Origin: Eledone cirrhosa
Lineage: Eukaryota
DNA length: 64,000 nt
Assembly (NCBI GenBank): GCA_964016885.1
Contig: OZ024745.1
Coordinates: 68,758,001-68,822,000 of the forward strand
Reading direction: 5' to 3'
A model generated the notes under the pieces. That model worked only from the letters and a program-made list of their open reading frames with translations, did not search any database and was not told the DNA's origin. Of the stretch, positions 1-13,931 are shown one piece after another (position 1 is the first letter of the stretch; each line of letters begins with the position of its first letter). A program made the translations under genes and the position numbers.

Positions 1-286
1 GAGCAAGAAGTGCCAAAAACTAGCTTCGCCAGCTTCCCAAATTATGAGTTGAAAGTATTTTATTTTGGTTTACAACTGGGAGAAGGGGACGTATAATATA
101 GAACTAGCCTAGTGCACTTGATTCTCAGACACCGTAGAAATAGGGCACACATTGAAGGGCAACTCTAGGATATAGGCTAAATACCAAGGTGTTGGCTCTA
201 CTCACTATATAAACAAATATATAAGATTTACATGTATATACATAAATGTGTCTCTCAGTCTCTCTCTCTCTTTCCACACACTATGT

Positions 287-327
<41 letters not shown>

Positions 328-879
328 CATTGGCATCTGTGCCTCTGGAATCAAATCCATCTTTGCTTAACCTTTTCTTCTGCTTTATTATGTATGGAGT
401 TTTATTTACACCGCTGTAAAACAAATCACAAATCACACATAAACACATTACTACTGCAGCCACTACTCGCAATGGAGTATGACTTGGTAGCGTGTCTCAT
501 GCTTTCGCGAGCATATAAAGACAATGTCGACCCTCTAGCATTTGATCCAGCGGAACATTCCAGATGTAACAGCTGGAAGGGGATGTTACTGCACCAGTAC
601 TGGGATAGAACAGTCTTTATTGAACCCCAAAGTATGAAAGGCAAACTGGACTCGGTGGGAATTGGACGTAGAACGCAGAGACCAAGAACACTCTAACAAC
701 ATTGTCAAATTGATCGTTTTACACACATATTTATACACGTGTGTGTGTGTAATCACCCACTTTAACACAACCACCAGGTCCTTGAGTGGCTACAAAATCA
801 TTCCGAGGCCCTGCAGAAGGTCATGGGCACCAACTTTATCTAAGTAATGGGGAACACATAGACACATATGTTATTATAA

Positions 880-1010
880 AACGAGGTTAGCTGTGCTTTT
901 CGTCGTTACAGGGTCGATAGAATAAAGCACCAGTAATGCAATGTGTCGATTTAATATACTTTCTCCTCCCCCCAAAATTGCTGGCCTTGTGCCTATAGTA
1001 GAAATCATTA
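880..1010 (+). mobile_element. tRNA-SINE family A, 3' part (central domain + tail), diverged
   Basis: GGGTCGATAGAATAAAGCACCAG...AATTGCTGGCCTTGTGCCTATAGTAGAAA matches the 3' half of the family A copies at 29341 and 53026. Confidence 0.65.
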
Positions 1011-2349
1011 TAAAACAGAAAGTCTATAAGTTGAATAATGGTCGAACTAGTAATATCGTATCTATTTATCTACACAAACAAAGACACACACACATGTATG
1101 TATATACAGAGAGAGAGAGAAAGAGGGGGTGTTCAAAGAGAGAGAGAGAAAGAGAGGGTGTTCAAAGAGAGAGAGAGAGAAAGAGAGGGTGTTCAAAAAG
1201 AGAGAGAGAGGGGGTGTTCAAAGAAAGTGTGCACACGATGTTATGAAAGGGAGATCTGTTTACTTTTTTAGACCGTGTTCTATATATTCTGAATGTAATA
1301 ATTGTATATATTTCCCAAACAGGCTGTTATTGATCGTGTAAATATATATATATATCACACGTGTGCGTTTGTGTATATATATATATATATATCACACGTG
1401 TGTATTTGTGTATATATATATATATATCACACGTGTGTATTTGTGTATATATATATATATATCACAGGTGTGTGTTTGTGTATATATATATTACACACAA
1501 CATATATATATATACAACAGTTAACAAAAGATGACACATGCTTATTTTGCTTTGGCCAGAGTTTACTTTCGAAGGAAAAACTGTTTGGCGCCAGGAAATG
1601 ACGAAACAGTGGCTTCTTCTATGTGTACACACGCACACACACACACACACACACATATATATTGGCGCCGCGGTCGGGATTTTACCTTCCACTCTCTTTA
1701 AAAAGGCTCAAGCCGAAACCGCTAAACGCCGCGGTCGAGATTTTACATCTCATTCTCTCTATATATATCAAATCTAATATAGAAATGGCTTCTACAAGAC
1801 TAGAACTGTTTCATTCAAAATTCACCTATATTAAACTTAATGTTTACACAGTATTGAATACCCTACTAGATATATATATAAATAAATACATATATTATTT
1901 TGCAATCCCCCCCCCCCTCCACCACCAATACAACTAAAATTGTCAGCGATGTGGTCGGTTAGCCTGCTAAATATTACAGCCAAATCTTCAAATTCCAATT
2001 TACATTTTGAAAAGATAAAACACGTTGGCTAAGAAAATAGTGAAAGATGCTGTTAGTCCGAAAAAATTACGGAACTGTCATAGCAGCATGGCTGGAACAG
2101 CTTTGATCAATAGGTTAGGTCATTTAGGGTTAAATAATAATAATAATAATAATAACTACATTATACATGGTGAAAAATTGATTTCCTACATAGGCCATAG
2201 ATTTAGTTGGAGGGAAGGGGGTATTATTAATTTAATCGATATCAGCAGTTCATTGGTATTAATTTCACTGAACGACGAAGGAAAAAGTCAACCCCGATGA
2301 AAATCGAGAGGGAAGCCACCAATAAACCGATTGCCCTCCTCCAACAATG

Positions 2350-2406
<57 letters not shown>

Positions 2407-2801
2407 CCCGGGTTCAATCGGGGGTAACCACAGTAAGTAAAGTACTCAATACATGGCAGAGTATAAATATTTAATATAGAAATGGCTTCTACAGGACTAG
2501 AAATGTTTCATTCGAAGAAAATCATCTAGTCGTATAGAAGCAATTTTTATATTATATATATATATCCTAAATAAAATTAAGGGTGTCATGTCTGAGAGAC
2601 ATGCGCCATATCCACATATATATGTGTGTGTGTGTGTGTGCATAGATATTTTTTGTATTAGGTTGTAGATTAATTGGTATATAAATAACAAACAATTACC
2701 TTTATTATGTTATATATATATATATGTGTGTTTTGGTTGACTGGTACTAGAGTTTCGCCGAAACCAGGGATTCCTTGACTTCATCAAAACTCGCGTACCA
2801 G

Positions 2802-3180
2802 TCAATCGATATACACACACACAATATATATATATATTATATATATATTATATATATTATATATATATATAATATATATATATATATATAATATATATAT
2901 ATAAATATAATATATATATATAATATATATATATAAATATAATATATATATATAATATATATATATAATATATAGATATAAATATAATATATATATATAA
3001 TATATATAAATATAATATATATATATAATATATATATTATATATATATATATATATATAAAATATATATATTATATATATATACATATATTAGAGAGAGA
3101 TGGGGTGGGTGGGATTATACTGTATCCCTGCATCTAAATATATATTGAGTTCTACTCTGATTTGTGGTCCCTGAACTGTG

Positions 3181-3255
<75 letters not shown>

Positions 3256-3380
3256 TAAGGAAAAGAAACCGAAAATGCAATTGGAGTCTTTTAAAGAATA
3301 ATTATTTATTTCCTTTGCCGGTTTCACAGCTCTTATGATTTTCAAAAGTATAATTGAGATGGAATGTTTTTGGTTTGTCT

Positions 3381-3444
<64 letters not shown>

Positions 3445-4040
3445 CACACATACATACATACAAATATTTGGGTGGCTGTGATAACATCACAGCTTAAAAT
3501 ACTCACGGCGAGACCATGTGCATGTTTATAATACATAAACATATTGTATATGATTCCAAATATTTTTATTCTGTACCACGCTGTGTTGGTGTTGTCGCTA
3601 ATACATAGATATACATACCTATACTTAAACATACCTATATATATATACATATATATAAATATATATATATACATATATATAAATATATATATATACATAT
3701 ATATAAATATATATATATACATATATATAAATATATATAAATACATATATATAAATATATATAAATACATATATATAAATATATATACATATATATAAAT
3801 ATATATACATATATATAAATATATATATATATACATATATATACATATATATAAATATATATATATACCTATATATACACACACATATATATACACATAT
3901 ATACCTATATATACACACATATATATATATATATACATACACATATATACACACATATATATATACATACATACACATATATACACACATATATATATAT
4001 ATATACATACATATACATACATACACATATATACATACAT

Positions 4041-4073
<33 letters not shown>

Positions 4074-4187
4074 CCTATATATACATATATATACACACAT
4101 ATATATATACATACATACATATATATATACATACATACATACATATATATATATACATACATACATATATATATATACATACATACA

Positions 4188-4225
<38 letters not shown>

Positions 4226-4639
4226 CATATATATATATACATACATGTATATATATATACATGCATGTATATATATATATACATACATATATATATATAT
4301 ATACATACATATATATATACATACACATACACACATACATATATATATATATATACATACATATATATATATATATACATATATATATACATACATACAC
4401 ATACACACATACATATATATATATATATACACACACACACATATATATATATACACATATACATATATACACACACACACACATATATATATATATAATT
4501 ACACACACATATATATATATACACATACACACATACATATATATACACATATACACATACATATATACACACACACATACATATATATATATACACACAT
4601 ATATATACACATACATATATATATACACACACACACACA

Positions 4640-4682
<43 letters not shown>
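2802..4682. repeat. Compound (TA)n/(TACA)n/(CA)n microsatellite cluster with short unique islands
   Basis: Directly visible dinucleotide tracts at ~2802-3090, 3184-3257, 3384-3460 and 3625-4682; the overlapping Y/I-rich ORFs are artefacts. Confidence 0.95.
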
Positions 4683-6329
4683 TAAGCACACAATGTTATT
4701 AGCAGTATTTATGGATTTAGTTGAACTTCACAAAACTGTGAATTCAACTTATCCTGATTTGGTGCTTGTTGGAAAGCATGTGTATCGAACTATTTTATCA
4801 TGTAATTATAATCATAAAAATACTAATAATAATCACTTCAGTACTTTTATTATAATTATATCCTACATGATAAGCTAGTTAGATACACATGCTTTCAAAC
4901 AAATACGATAAAAATGGTTATTTGTTTATTGGCCACAAGGACCGAACCATCAAGGACGATAAACAGCCATTTTAGTGGAGAGTGGAAAGTCGATTAAGTT
5001 GACCCTAGTATTTGGCTGGTACTTTATTTTATCGACCACAGGAGGATGAAAGTTGGGGCTCAATGATAATAATGATGATAATAAGGACAATTGGAAACCG
5101 AAGGAGAAAGAGAACGAGTGTAAAAAATCAAAGAGTGTTGCCATAGTTAACATAAATAATAATAGTAATAATAATAATAATGGTTAAAAAAAAAGCATCG
5201 GAAACCAACAAAACTTACGCTTACATCGGACTTTTTTACGGATGGTAAAATAGTACCAAATTGTTGTCATGATGACACAGCGCCGTCAAACTGTAAGATT
5301 CCCCCATATTTTGGCCACCGAGGCAATTTTGTGACTCCCTCTTTAGTAGTTTTCAAGAGGTAACAACAACAATGAAGTAAAAAAAAAACAACAACAAAAA
5401 GAAAAACAGAAGGAAAGAAAAAGAAAAGAAAGAAAAACAGAAGAAAGAATGAGTTGCTATAAGAGTGTGATCCAAAAACCCGTTCTTAAAAGAACTACTA
5501 TCTCACCAATAAGAAAGAGGAGGTAAGGGTGAGAGCTGAAAACAGTAGCTGAAAATTAAGTGTGTATGTGTCTATGTATGTTTATGTGTGTATGTGTCTA
5601 TGTATGTTTATGTATGTGTGTGTCTTCTACTGTGTCAGTGCGTGCTATGTATCGGTTCCTCGTTCACTGTACGCACGCAAACATTTCGTGAAGGGTGTGT
5701 TAGAGAAATTTGTTGCTAATGATAGAGGTATAGATAGCTGCTAATTTTGTCCCTCACACGAAGAAGTTGTTTGCCGAAAAGAACGACAATTTATCGCAGA
5801 CTGGAATAAACAAATAAAAGAAGAAGAAAAATATGAAGAAACTAGCCTACTCTTACAAGTTTCAGCGAAGTTTTTGAGGTGTGGGTGGAAAGAATGATAG
5901 ATCTACGCGAAGTTGTTGTGACGAGGGTTAGAAGAATGATAGCGTACACAAACAAAAACCTCATGCCTTACCGGTAAAAAATTCAACACGGCAAACAATA
6001 TAACCGTAAAAGATAAATAAAATCTATTAATAGTTTTTAATAGTTCACATTATGTAATATAAGTAATATGATAAAGAATAAACTAAAATTATTTATATAT
6101 TCCAATTCTGTATTATTTTTACTATGTGTTTTTTTTTTTTTCCTCCTGGACCCGGGCGATAGATTCAGGTGGAAATTTTTTGTAATTTGGGAGAACAATT
6201 TGTAAAATATTCTGCTAGATTTAGGTGGAAGAAGTTTATAAAGAAAAAAAGTCTTACTGCAACTTGTAATATGTGAAGTTAGAAAGAAATTTAATAAATA
6301 GTTGCAATAACTCTAAATGTACAACAGAG

Positions 6330-6970
6330 ACGGAAGACAAGAGAGTAAGAAGGTGAGAGAGAAGATAAAGTATAGGTAAGTAAGAGAAATGAGTGTGTGT
6401 GAGAGAGAAATAGTGAGAAGAAACTATGTATAAGCGAGAGAGAAAGAATGCAAGCGTGCTAGAGAGTGAGAGAGAGTATAATGTCAGCATGTTAGAGAGA
6501 AGGAAAGATAAGGTAAGTGTTCTAGAGAGAGAGAGAGAGTATAATGTCTGCATGTTAGAGAGAAGGAAAGAGTGGGTAAGTGTGGTAGAGAGAGAGAGAG
6601 TATAAGCGTGTCAGGAAGAGAAAAACATTGTCAACAAAAGTGTGTTAAGGAAAGAAAGAAAGGAAAAGAGTGTAAACGTAAAGAGAGCGAGAGAGTGTAA
6701 GTTTATTAAAGAGAGTAAAAAAGGGAGTGAAGGTAAGCGAGAGAGAGAGAAAGAGTATGGATTGGCTAGAAGTGTGTAAGCGTGCTAGTGTGTAAGCTTC
6801 TCCTTCATCTTCTAGAGAGAGAGGAAGCAGAGAGTGTAAGTAAGTGAGAAAGAGAGTGTGTTTATCTTTGTATAAGCGAGAATAGAGGTGAGAGGATAGA
6901 AGTGTAAATAAGTAAAAGCGAGAAAGAAGTAAACGTGTGTGGTAGGAATACAGAGAAAGGGGTGGGTATG
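6330..6970. repeat. Purine-rich (GA) low-complexity region with degenerate ~60-bp tandem units
   Basis: GAGAGAGTATAATGTC(A/T)GCATGTTAGAGAGAAGGAAAGA occurs at ~6471 and ~6533, plus many GAGAGTGTAAG variants. Confidence 0.75.
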
Positions 6971-7052
6971 AATGAGGAAATACCAAGCATCGTAATTAAA
7001 GGGCTTCAGACAATGTTGTGATATATATAGTAGCATATGTAAAACAGGCTGC

Positions 7053-7087
<35 letters not shown>

Positions 7088-7544
7088 GATATACACACAC
7101 AACATTCAACAATAGGGGTAATTTGATAAGAGAGAACGAAAATCCAGCCAGCTTATATAGGAATGTTTTGGTTTTTGTTTTCTTCTGTCTTCTGTAACTA
7201 TTTATTGCGAAGAAGAGGGTTAACATCAGATCATATAATTCGTAAGGTTGACTAGGCAGAAGCTTGGGGAATAGGGCCTCAGAGGTTAGGGGCTTGTCAA
7301 TAATTTGAGGCACGCGTAAATGTATTTCAGGGTATAGTGTTAAAGTTTCTGTTCGATAATTTGTTGTATTAATTAAATATATGAGAACGAGTTGAGCTAT
7401 CAGTTGTAGTGGGGGTCAACGAGAGGGGACCCGAAATATATGAAAGCGTGGGGAGCGTGGAAGGGGCCGTGGGTTCGTATGACCCAACAGAGAATAAGAA
7501 GAATTTAATCACACACGCGCACATATTGTATATATGTTGATGGA

Positions 7545-7856
7545 CTTCCGTCGGTGCTGACGATACATATTCCAGCGGTTCAAATAACGAAACAGCTTGC
7601 TCGTGAAATTAACGTACAAGTGGCTGGGGATTTCACAAACACGTGTATCTTTAACTTACTTCTCATGGAGATTCGTCGAGACACAGTGTGTAATGAGGCT
7701 GGCTCTAAATTACAGGTAACAAACAACTTTTTATTTTTTCCAGCTGAGGAGACTGGAACAAAATGTTTTGATTATGAACGCAACGTGCAGTCGGGAATCG
7801 AACTCGCGATTTCACTGTCGTAAGTGGAACACCTAACCTCTAAGTCACACGCTTTC
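7545..7856 (-). mobile_element. tRNA-SINE family B, near full length
   Basis: Minus strand starts GAAAGCGTGTGACTTAGAGGTTAGG (A box-like) ... GAGTTCGATTCCCGAC (B box). Body GTGAAATTAACGT(A/G)CAAGTGGCTG is shared with copies at 9695, 19497, 28915 and 30560. Confidence 0.8.
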
Positions 7857-8228
7857 ATAAATTTGATAATGAAGTGTGAGACAGAACAGTGGGTTGTTTT
7901 GGTGGCTAATGGCCAATACTAAAAGAAAGAAAAGCGTGTATTTTATTGTATGTACACAACTTCTCGTTTTCTTTCTTTCTTTCGCTAATTTCTATTGAAT
8001 TGTTTCTTTTGTAAATCATGTTCATTATACCATTATACGATAAATTGTATTTATTTGTACAAGATGTTGATAAAATAGAATAAGTTATTCTTAAGTTATC
8101 TACATGGGAGTTATAAAGTTGATTGGAAGTTGTACAAAGTAACAGTGTATACTTTCAAGGTTAACTTAACAAATAACAGCCCATACAACACACAGCCTCC
8201 AACAACACTTCTCTCTCTGACACATACA

Positions 8229-8271
<43 letters not shown>

Positions 8272-8519
8272 ATAATAATAAATGTGAAGACTAAAATCCA
8301 AAGAGGGCTCGATAAGGATAAATATATATCAAATATATAAGAACCCTAGAGCAAATATTTATTGAAATAACAGATTAAACTTTAATCTGTTATTTTAATA
8401 AATAAATAAATATAAATATATATATATATGTACGTATGTATGGATATATATGTGTGTGTGTGTGTGTGCTTCTGTGATTAATATAGGTGTGTGTGTGTGT
8501 ATATATATATATGGTATGG

Positions 8520-8795
8520 TCCCATAACCCCTGACGGAGTCGTAGGGGCACCGTATTTCTGGGGCATTGAAAGCTTGTCGGAACCCATACCCTCTCCATG
8601 GCAGGTTTCTTACAGAGAAGGATAGAAAGTGAGAGAGCGGAAGCGAGGAATAATCGACCCAGTACTTTACTGGAACTTTTTTATCGACCTCGAAAGGATG
8701 AAAGGCAAATTTGACCACAGTAGGATTTGAACGCAGGGAGCTGGAATGAATACCACAAAGCATTCTATCCTACGTTCTAACAACTCTGCCAATTC
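8520..8795 (-). mobile_element. tRNA-SINE, family A-like head and central domain with an alternative tail (A2)
   Basis: TCGACCTCGAAAGGATGAAAGGCAAATTTGACC...GGATTTGAAC (B box on minus strand). Tail GTCGTAGGGGCACCG is also at ~26976. Confidence 0.65.
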
Positions 8796-8823
8796 ATCTT
8801 ATATACACACACACAGGCATACA

Positions 8824-9217
8824 TATAATAGAAAAAAACAAAAACAAGGAAGTTTCGTTTACATATAAAAGATACTGATTGTGTATCGATCTGTTACGCG
8901 CGTTTCGCAGAGGATTGCACTAAAAATAGGGCCGATGCTTATAAATACACATTTTATCTTACAAACCAAAACAAAAAAAAAACAACAGTCTGAAGAGCAG
9001 ATCGATATTGGAGTCGGGTCCATAACTCCTATGGGTGACCCCCCCCCCCCCCCCAAAAAAAAACGCCAGTTTGAAGAGCAGATCGATAGTGGAGTCGGGT
9101 CCATAACTCTTATGGGAGACCTTGAGCCAACCCTTTGTGAAACGCGCGTGACATTTCGATACACCATAAATATCTTTTATATGTAAACGAAACTTCCTCG
9201 TTTTTTTTCTATTATAT
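8824..9217. repeat. Fold-back element: ~90-bp imperfect inverted repeats around an internal 45-bp direct repeat
   Basis: AGGAAGTTTCGTTTACATATAAAAGATA at 8847 is the reverse complement of TATCTTTTATATGTAAACGAAACTTCCT at 9171. TGAAGAGCAGATCGATA(T/G)TGGAGTCGGGTCCATAACTC occurs at 8991 and 9072. Confidence 0.85.
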
Positions 9218-9382
9218 ATACTCTCTGTGTGCATAGAGTGCTTGTTTTGGTACCAATACCAGTAATTCACTGAACCACCTATACTATATATATATATCCG
9301 TTTGTAGTTGATGGATGAGAGATTGAATTTAGATATTCATTTATTATGGATAAATAGTGAGTCTTGTTACTCGCAGGATCAT

Positions 9383-9421
<39 letters not shown>

Positions 9422-9694
9422 TGTGTGTCCGTCCGGCGATCAACAAATAAATCACTAAAATGTAAGTTGAGATTAATTTATTTCGGAGAATCTGATGCAT
9501 AACTGTAAGAAGGGGCCGCACATTATAGGGCTAGCCTAAGGCATTAAATATCCAGGCGCCGGCCCTGAGTAGAAGATACTTAATTATCGTGTCACTCAGT
9601 GCGACTGAACCCCTTAACCACAGCCATGCCGGCGACTATTATTGTTCATTGTTTTCATGGAAAACAAACAATATTGTTTATTGTGTGTGTGTTG

Positions 9695-10226
9695 CATCTC
9701 CGTCGGTTACGACGATCAGTGTTCCAGTTGTTCGAACAATAAAAACAACCTGCTTGTGAAATCAACGTGCAAGTGGCTGAACATCAGTGCTGGACTTACC
9801 TATAACATACATAAGCTATAGCTTAGGATCACATACCCTAGCGGGAACAGCTCGTTTTTAAATATATTTTTGATTTTTGATTTTTGAACTCTGAATCATC
9901 GAAAATTATATATATTATTTATTCTTTATCATTAACATAAATATTAAAAAAAATTATTATTTAAAATTTTTTTACCCAAATTTTTATTATTTTTTTTTTT
10001 ATTTTAGAGAAGTGCTTCAAATTTCATAAAGCTGAGGGCCTCAGCAAATGAAAGCTCGGTCCTGCGGAGTTTTCAGAGATATTTAACGTGACAAGGTTGA
10101 CCCTTTTGAATAACAGGTACAGGCTCATTTTTTGCAGCTGAGTGGACCAGAGCAAAGTAAAACGAACTTACTCAACAGCCACGAACTTACGACGTTACGA
10201 TCATAGCCGACACTCTAAGCCACGAA
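9695..10226 (-). mobile_element. SINE family B copy split by an AT-rich MITE-like insertion (~9785-10063)
   Basis: The SINE halves flank a segment with imperfect terminal inverted repeats CAGTGCTGGACTT / AAGCTCGGTCCTG; no clean target-site duplication was seen. Confidence 0.55.
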
Positions 10227-11568
10227 CCATCATCCATTGCTTACATTCTTTACCTCACAATCCCCCAAATCAAAATTTCATCCATTGTTCTTAGTTTTTT
10301 CTTTTTATTTTATTCTAAAATATAGGATACTCTTTAGAAAGTTTTCTTTTAATATTTGGTGGGGAAGGAGGCTAATGCACACACACACACAGTATATATA
10401 TATATTTATAGTCGTATTAACCTCTTGGTGGGCCCCAGACTACAGGCCTCCTCTGGCACTTCAATCTTTGACTTCACTACAGTAGAAAAGAATTGACAGG
10501 CACCCGTAGATCCTGTGAATAATACTCCCCTAAATATACATGAAGATATAGTTGCCGCAATGCAGTTAACTATAATAATATTTGAATAGATAAAGTATTC
10601 CTGAAGACGGAAAGGCGACACTTTTTCCTTCACCAGAAGTAAGGTACTTCACCTGATATTTTCAACTATCGTTTATTGTTATCAACTATTTTTTTTTGTT
10701 ATCTGCATTGTGGCGACTGTATTTTCAAATTTCCAATTACACAATTCTTCCAAAGTTAACCCAGTCTTAGTTAAACACACACACGGCTATGTAAATGCCT
10801 TCAGCATAATCTTGTCAAAAGATACGGTTCAGAAAATCAGAGAGAAGCTGACTAATTAGAAAATTTCAATTAATGAACTGTTGAAATATGTAAAACATTC
10901 TAGAGATTTGTACATGTTCACACGTGGATGTAGTTCGATTCGAAATCATTAAGTTCTCTGTTCGATCCCATTGAGTGTCACCTTGAGCAAGTGTCATTTA
11001 CCACAGCCTCAAGAGCAAGATTTGTTTGGGAGGATGGAGCGCATACATGAGAGAATGATTGCACGTTGAATCTCTCTGAGAATTATGTTGAAAGTACATG
11101 TGTTTTTAGAATGTTGATCCATTTACACGTTAATTTCTCGAGCAGGCAGTTCCGTTGATCAAATAAATGGAACAATCATCATCGAAACCGATGGAGGCTC
11201 AAAATACAACTGCGCTTGGATTCTTGAAGAAAGAACACAGCTTTTTAATTCATAAGCTTTTACCTTCAAAATCTGTAAAATATTAAGATTCAAAGGACGA
11301 GCGATCGCGCAAGGATTGATGGAAAATTCATTTTCTTGACAACCTTTCCAACGGGAAGGTGTTCGGTCAAAATAAATTTGAAATTGAAGGAAAGATATAT
11401 ATATATATAAACACTTACTCCCGTTTTTTGTTGTTGAGTACATATATATATGTTTCAACAAAAGGAATATTGATGAAACATTCACATCAATACTTTCACC
11501 TAATACAAATATAATTGGCTTGATATAGTTGTTTGCAGCAAAAAAATATAAAAAAAATATACAATTAT

Positions 11569-11735
11569 AGAGGCGCAGGCATGGCTGTGTTGATACGGAG
11601 CGCGCCTTGAAATCCCTTGGATTTGGGTTTAATCCCACTTCTCGGTTCCTTGGTAAACTGTCTTCTACTCTAGTCGTAGGTTGGCCAATTTTTTGAGTGG
11701 AATGTGGTAAACGGAAACTGCAGAAACCCGTCACA
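11569..11735 (+). mobile_element. tRNA-SINE family C (CORE-like central motif)
   Basis: GGCGCAGGCATGGCTGTG head, CCTTGGTAAACTGTCTTCTACTCTAG, and TGAGTGGAATGTGGTAAACGGAAACTGCAGAAACCCGTC tail; same family as 63240-63405. Confidence 0.7.
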
Positions 11736-12069
11736 TATACACGTGTGTATGCTTTTGTTTCGCTTTACATTTGCGTATGTGTCATTGTTTATATTCCGTA
11801 ACTTAGCAGTTGACAACAAATGAGACCAATAAAATAAGTACTAGAATTAAAAAAATAAAGTAATGAGGGTGATATAATCGCCTAAGTGACGGACCCAGCA
11901 TGACCATAGTCTAGTGACTGAAACCTGTAAAAGTACCAAAGGAATACACACACAATTATATATATATATATGAATGTACGTATTGTATATTTAACAATAT
12001 ACTGTATGTATACAATATACTGTATGTATACAGTATATTTAACAATATACTGTATATATATGTATATAT

Positions 12070-13310
12070 TGCCCACTGCAAGGTGAAATCATTCCCCAGC
12101 TGGTACCAATTGATCTTATCTTGTGTCGTTCAAATCCATGCAACAGCCATAAAGTTGTCAATCTCATTTCTCCATCTTGTCTTCTGTCTTCCTCGATTAT
12201 GTGAACCTGTCCCGCATGATCTCCATTCTCTACATAGCTTCATTTATCTATTGCCATTCGTCCGTGCCACCTTTTGCCCGCTTCTGTTTTCTCTTTTTAA
12301 TATACCTTGGACTTTTATTTGCTTTCTTATCCATTGACAATTTTTCTCTCATTTTCAGAGATCTCTAACATGCGTATTTCTATAATACGATAGCGAATAC
12401 AAGCAGCTGAAATGGGTCTTTGGGCTAACGTTACTCGATAAGAATCGCTGGACAGGTTTTACGGGCAAAACCAGCCAGCAGGAGATTCAGGAGTAGACCC
12501 AGAGGAAGGTGGTTGGATAACACCCATGAGCTCGGCACGTTCCAGCTGGATTAATTGGAGATAATTGCTTCTGAGAGGACCTGCTGGAAGGATTCTGCCC
12601 AACAGTCCTTCCAGGAATAAGTGGACGAAGAACTATCTCTCTTCACAATAAATCATTACTGGTAAGATATACTGGCCCAATATTGCGCCAAAGCAATCTT
12701 ACTTTTCACGATGTCATTTAATTCACCAAAAGCACACTACTCAGCATGGATTCGTATTTTTACTTTCTCTAAATGACTGTATTTCACTTTCACCAGCATA
12801 TTTGTTACTTTTTATAATAGTACCACGGTTTATGGCGGTGTATTGGCACTATCGGCAAATCGACTAAGATACTTTGCAGCCCTTTACGTCGAAACTATTA
12901 TAATACCACGGTCGTTCAAATATGATTTGTGATTTGTTCATATTTATTTTTAGTCTCTCCTTGTTGTAACTGATAAGCTCATTTAACATTTGTTTCAGTT
13001 CAGGTGCATCATATGTCATCAGCAAAGTATACATGACTTATAGACTCACCATTTATGTTTATTCAAAGACAACTTCCAGTGCAGCTGTAAAGAGCTTTGG
13101 TGATATTATATCCCATTGTCTTATCCCTCTTTCAATATTGATCTTTTCGTTTTCAGTGTGAAATCTTATAGTTGATGTGTCCCTGGCAATATATATTTTT
13201 AAAAATACTTTAAGATTTCATGTATTCGCCGATCAATAAGACCTTCACATACAGTTGGGATGTCAGTGATATGGAAGGCTTTCTCATAATCAACAAAGCC
13301 TAAACCTCCA
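12070..13310 (-). pseudogene. Decayed RTE-clade LINE: reverse transcriptase and C-terminal region
   Basis: Manual translation across frameshifts gives LGFVDYEKAF, ERGIRQWDIISPKLFTAALE, INGESISHVYFADDI and ELKQMLNEL (13305-12975), then QYILPVMIY (~12660). The C-terminus reads WIRKQIKV...NRGRQKTRWRNEI...QDKINWYQLGNDFTLQW (12335-12075). Confidence 0.8.
12400..12632 (+). mobile_element. Internally deleted RTE 3' fragment nested in the opposite orientation
   Basis: Translates to QAAEMG, GLTLLDK, QVLRAKPASRRFRSRPRGRWLDN and IASERTCWKD, motifs typical of the RTE ORF C-terminus. Confidence 0.65.
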
Positions 13311-13745
13311 TCACCCTAGGAGCAGAAAACAAAAGCATGGCAGGAAGCCAAAAAGCATAGTAATAAAATTTACCAACAGCTGCAGAAATCCAAACCACCA
13401 TTATGCAATAGTAAAGAGATGTGTACCCAAATAGGATTATTTAAAAATTCTACAGAACATATTTTCTCTAGTAATTTTTTTTTTTTCTTGACAAGATTAA
13501 TAAATTTAAAAGATTCTATTCTTAAAATAAATATTTCTAATTTACGCACAAGACCAGCAATTTGGGATGGAGACAGTTGAATATATCGACACTAGTACTG
13601 AATTGGTACTTTTTTTTTTAGATCATGGAAGGAGGAAAAGGCAAAGTTAACCTTGGCTGGATTTGAACTCGAAAGGTAAAGAGTCAGAACAAATATTGCA
13701 AAACATTCGTCCAGTGCTTTAGTGGTTGTGGTTTCTTTTTAATAA

Positions 13746-13931
13746 TTGTTTCTACTTTAGGCACAAGGCCAGCAATTACCCAGTGCATTACTGGTATTTT
13801 ATTTTTTCGACCCCGTAAGGATGAAAGGCAAAGTCAACCTCGGCGGGATTTGAACTCAGATCGTAAAGGGACGTAACTATGCTGGAAAGCATGGCGTCCG
13901 ACCCTCTACCGATACTGCTAATCCATCGCCT
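13746..13931 (-). mobile_element. tRNA-SINE family A, young full-length copy
   Basis: Minus strand has T(A/G)GCAGTATCGG (A box), GAGTTCAAATCC (B box), GCCTTTCATCCTTACGGGGTCGA central domain (resembles the Meta/MESC SINE domain, from memory) and a GTAGAAACAATTATT tail. Near identical to copies at 23594 and 30960. Confidence 0.9.

Noticed and set aside
5214-5340. Possible minus-strand host exon (ATG...MTTIWYYFTIRKKVR then GTAAGC donor)
   Set aside because: Short, no recognisable homology, no partner exons found; needs RNA-seq.
10440-10900. Possible transposase remnant (LTGTRR, RKGDTFSF)
   Set aside because: Motifs are too short and interrupted by stops.
13746-13931. A/B-box sequences as tRNA genes
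   Set aside because: No cloverleaf; the boxes continue into a shared SINE body and tail in many dispersed copies.
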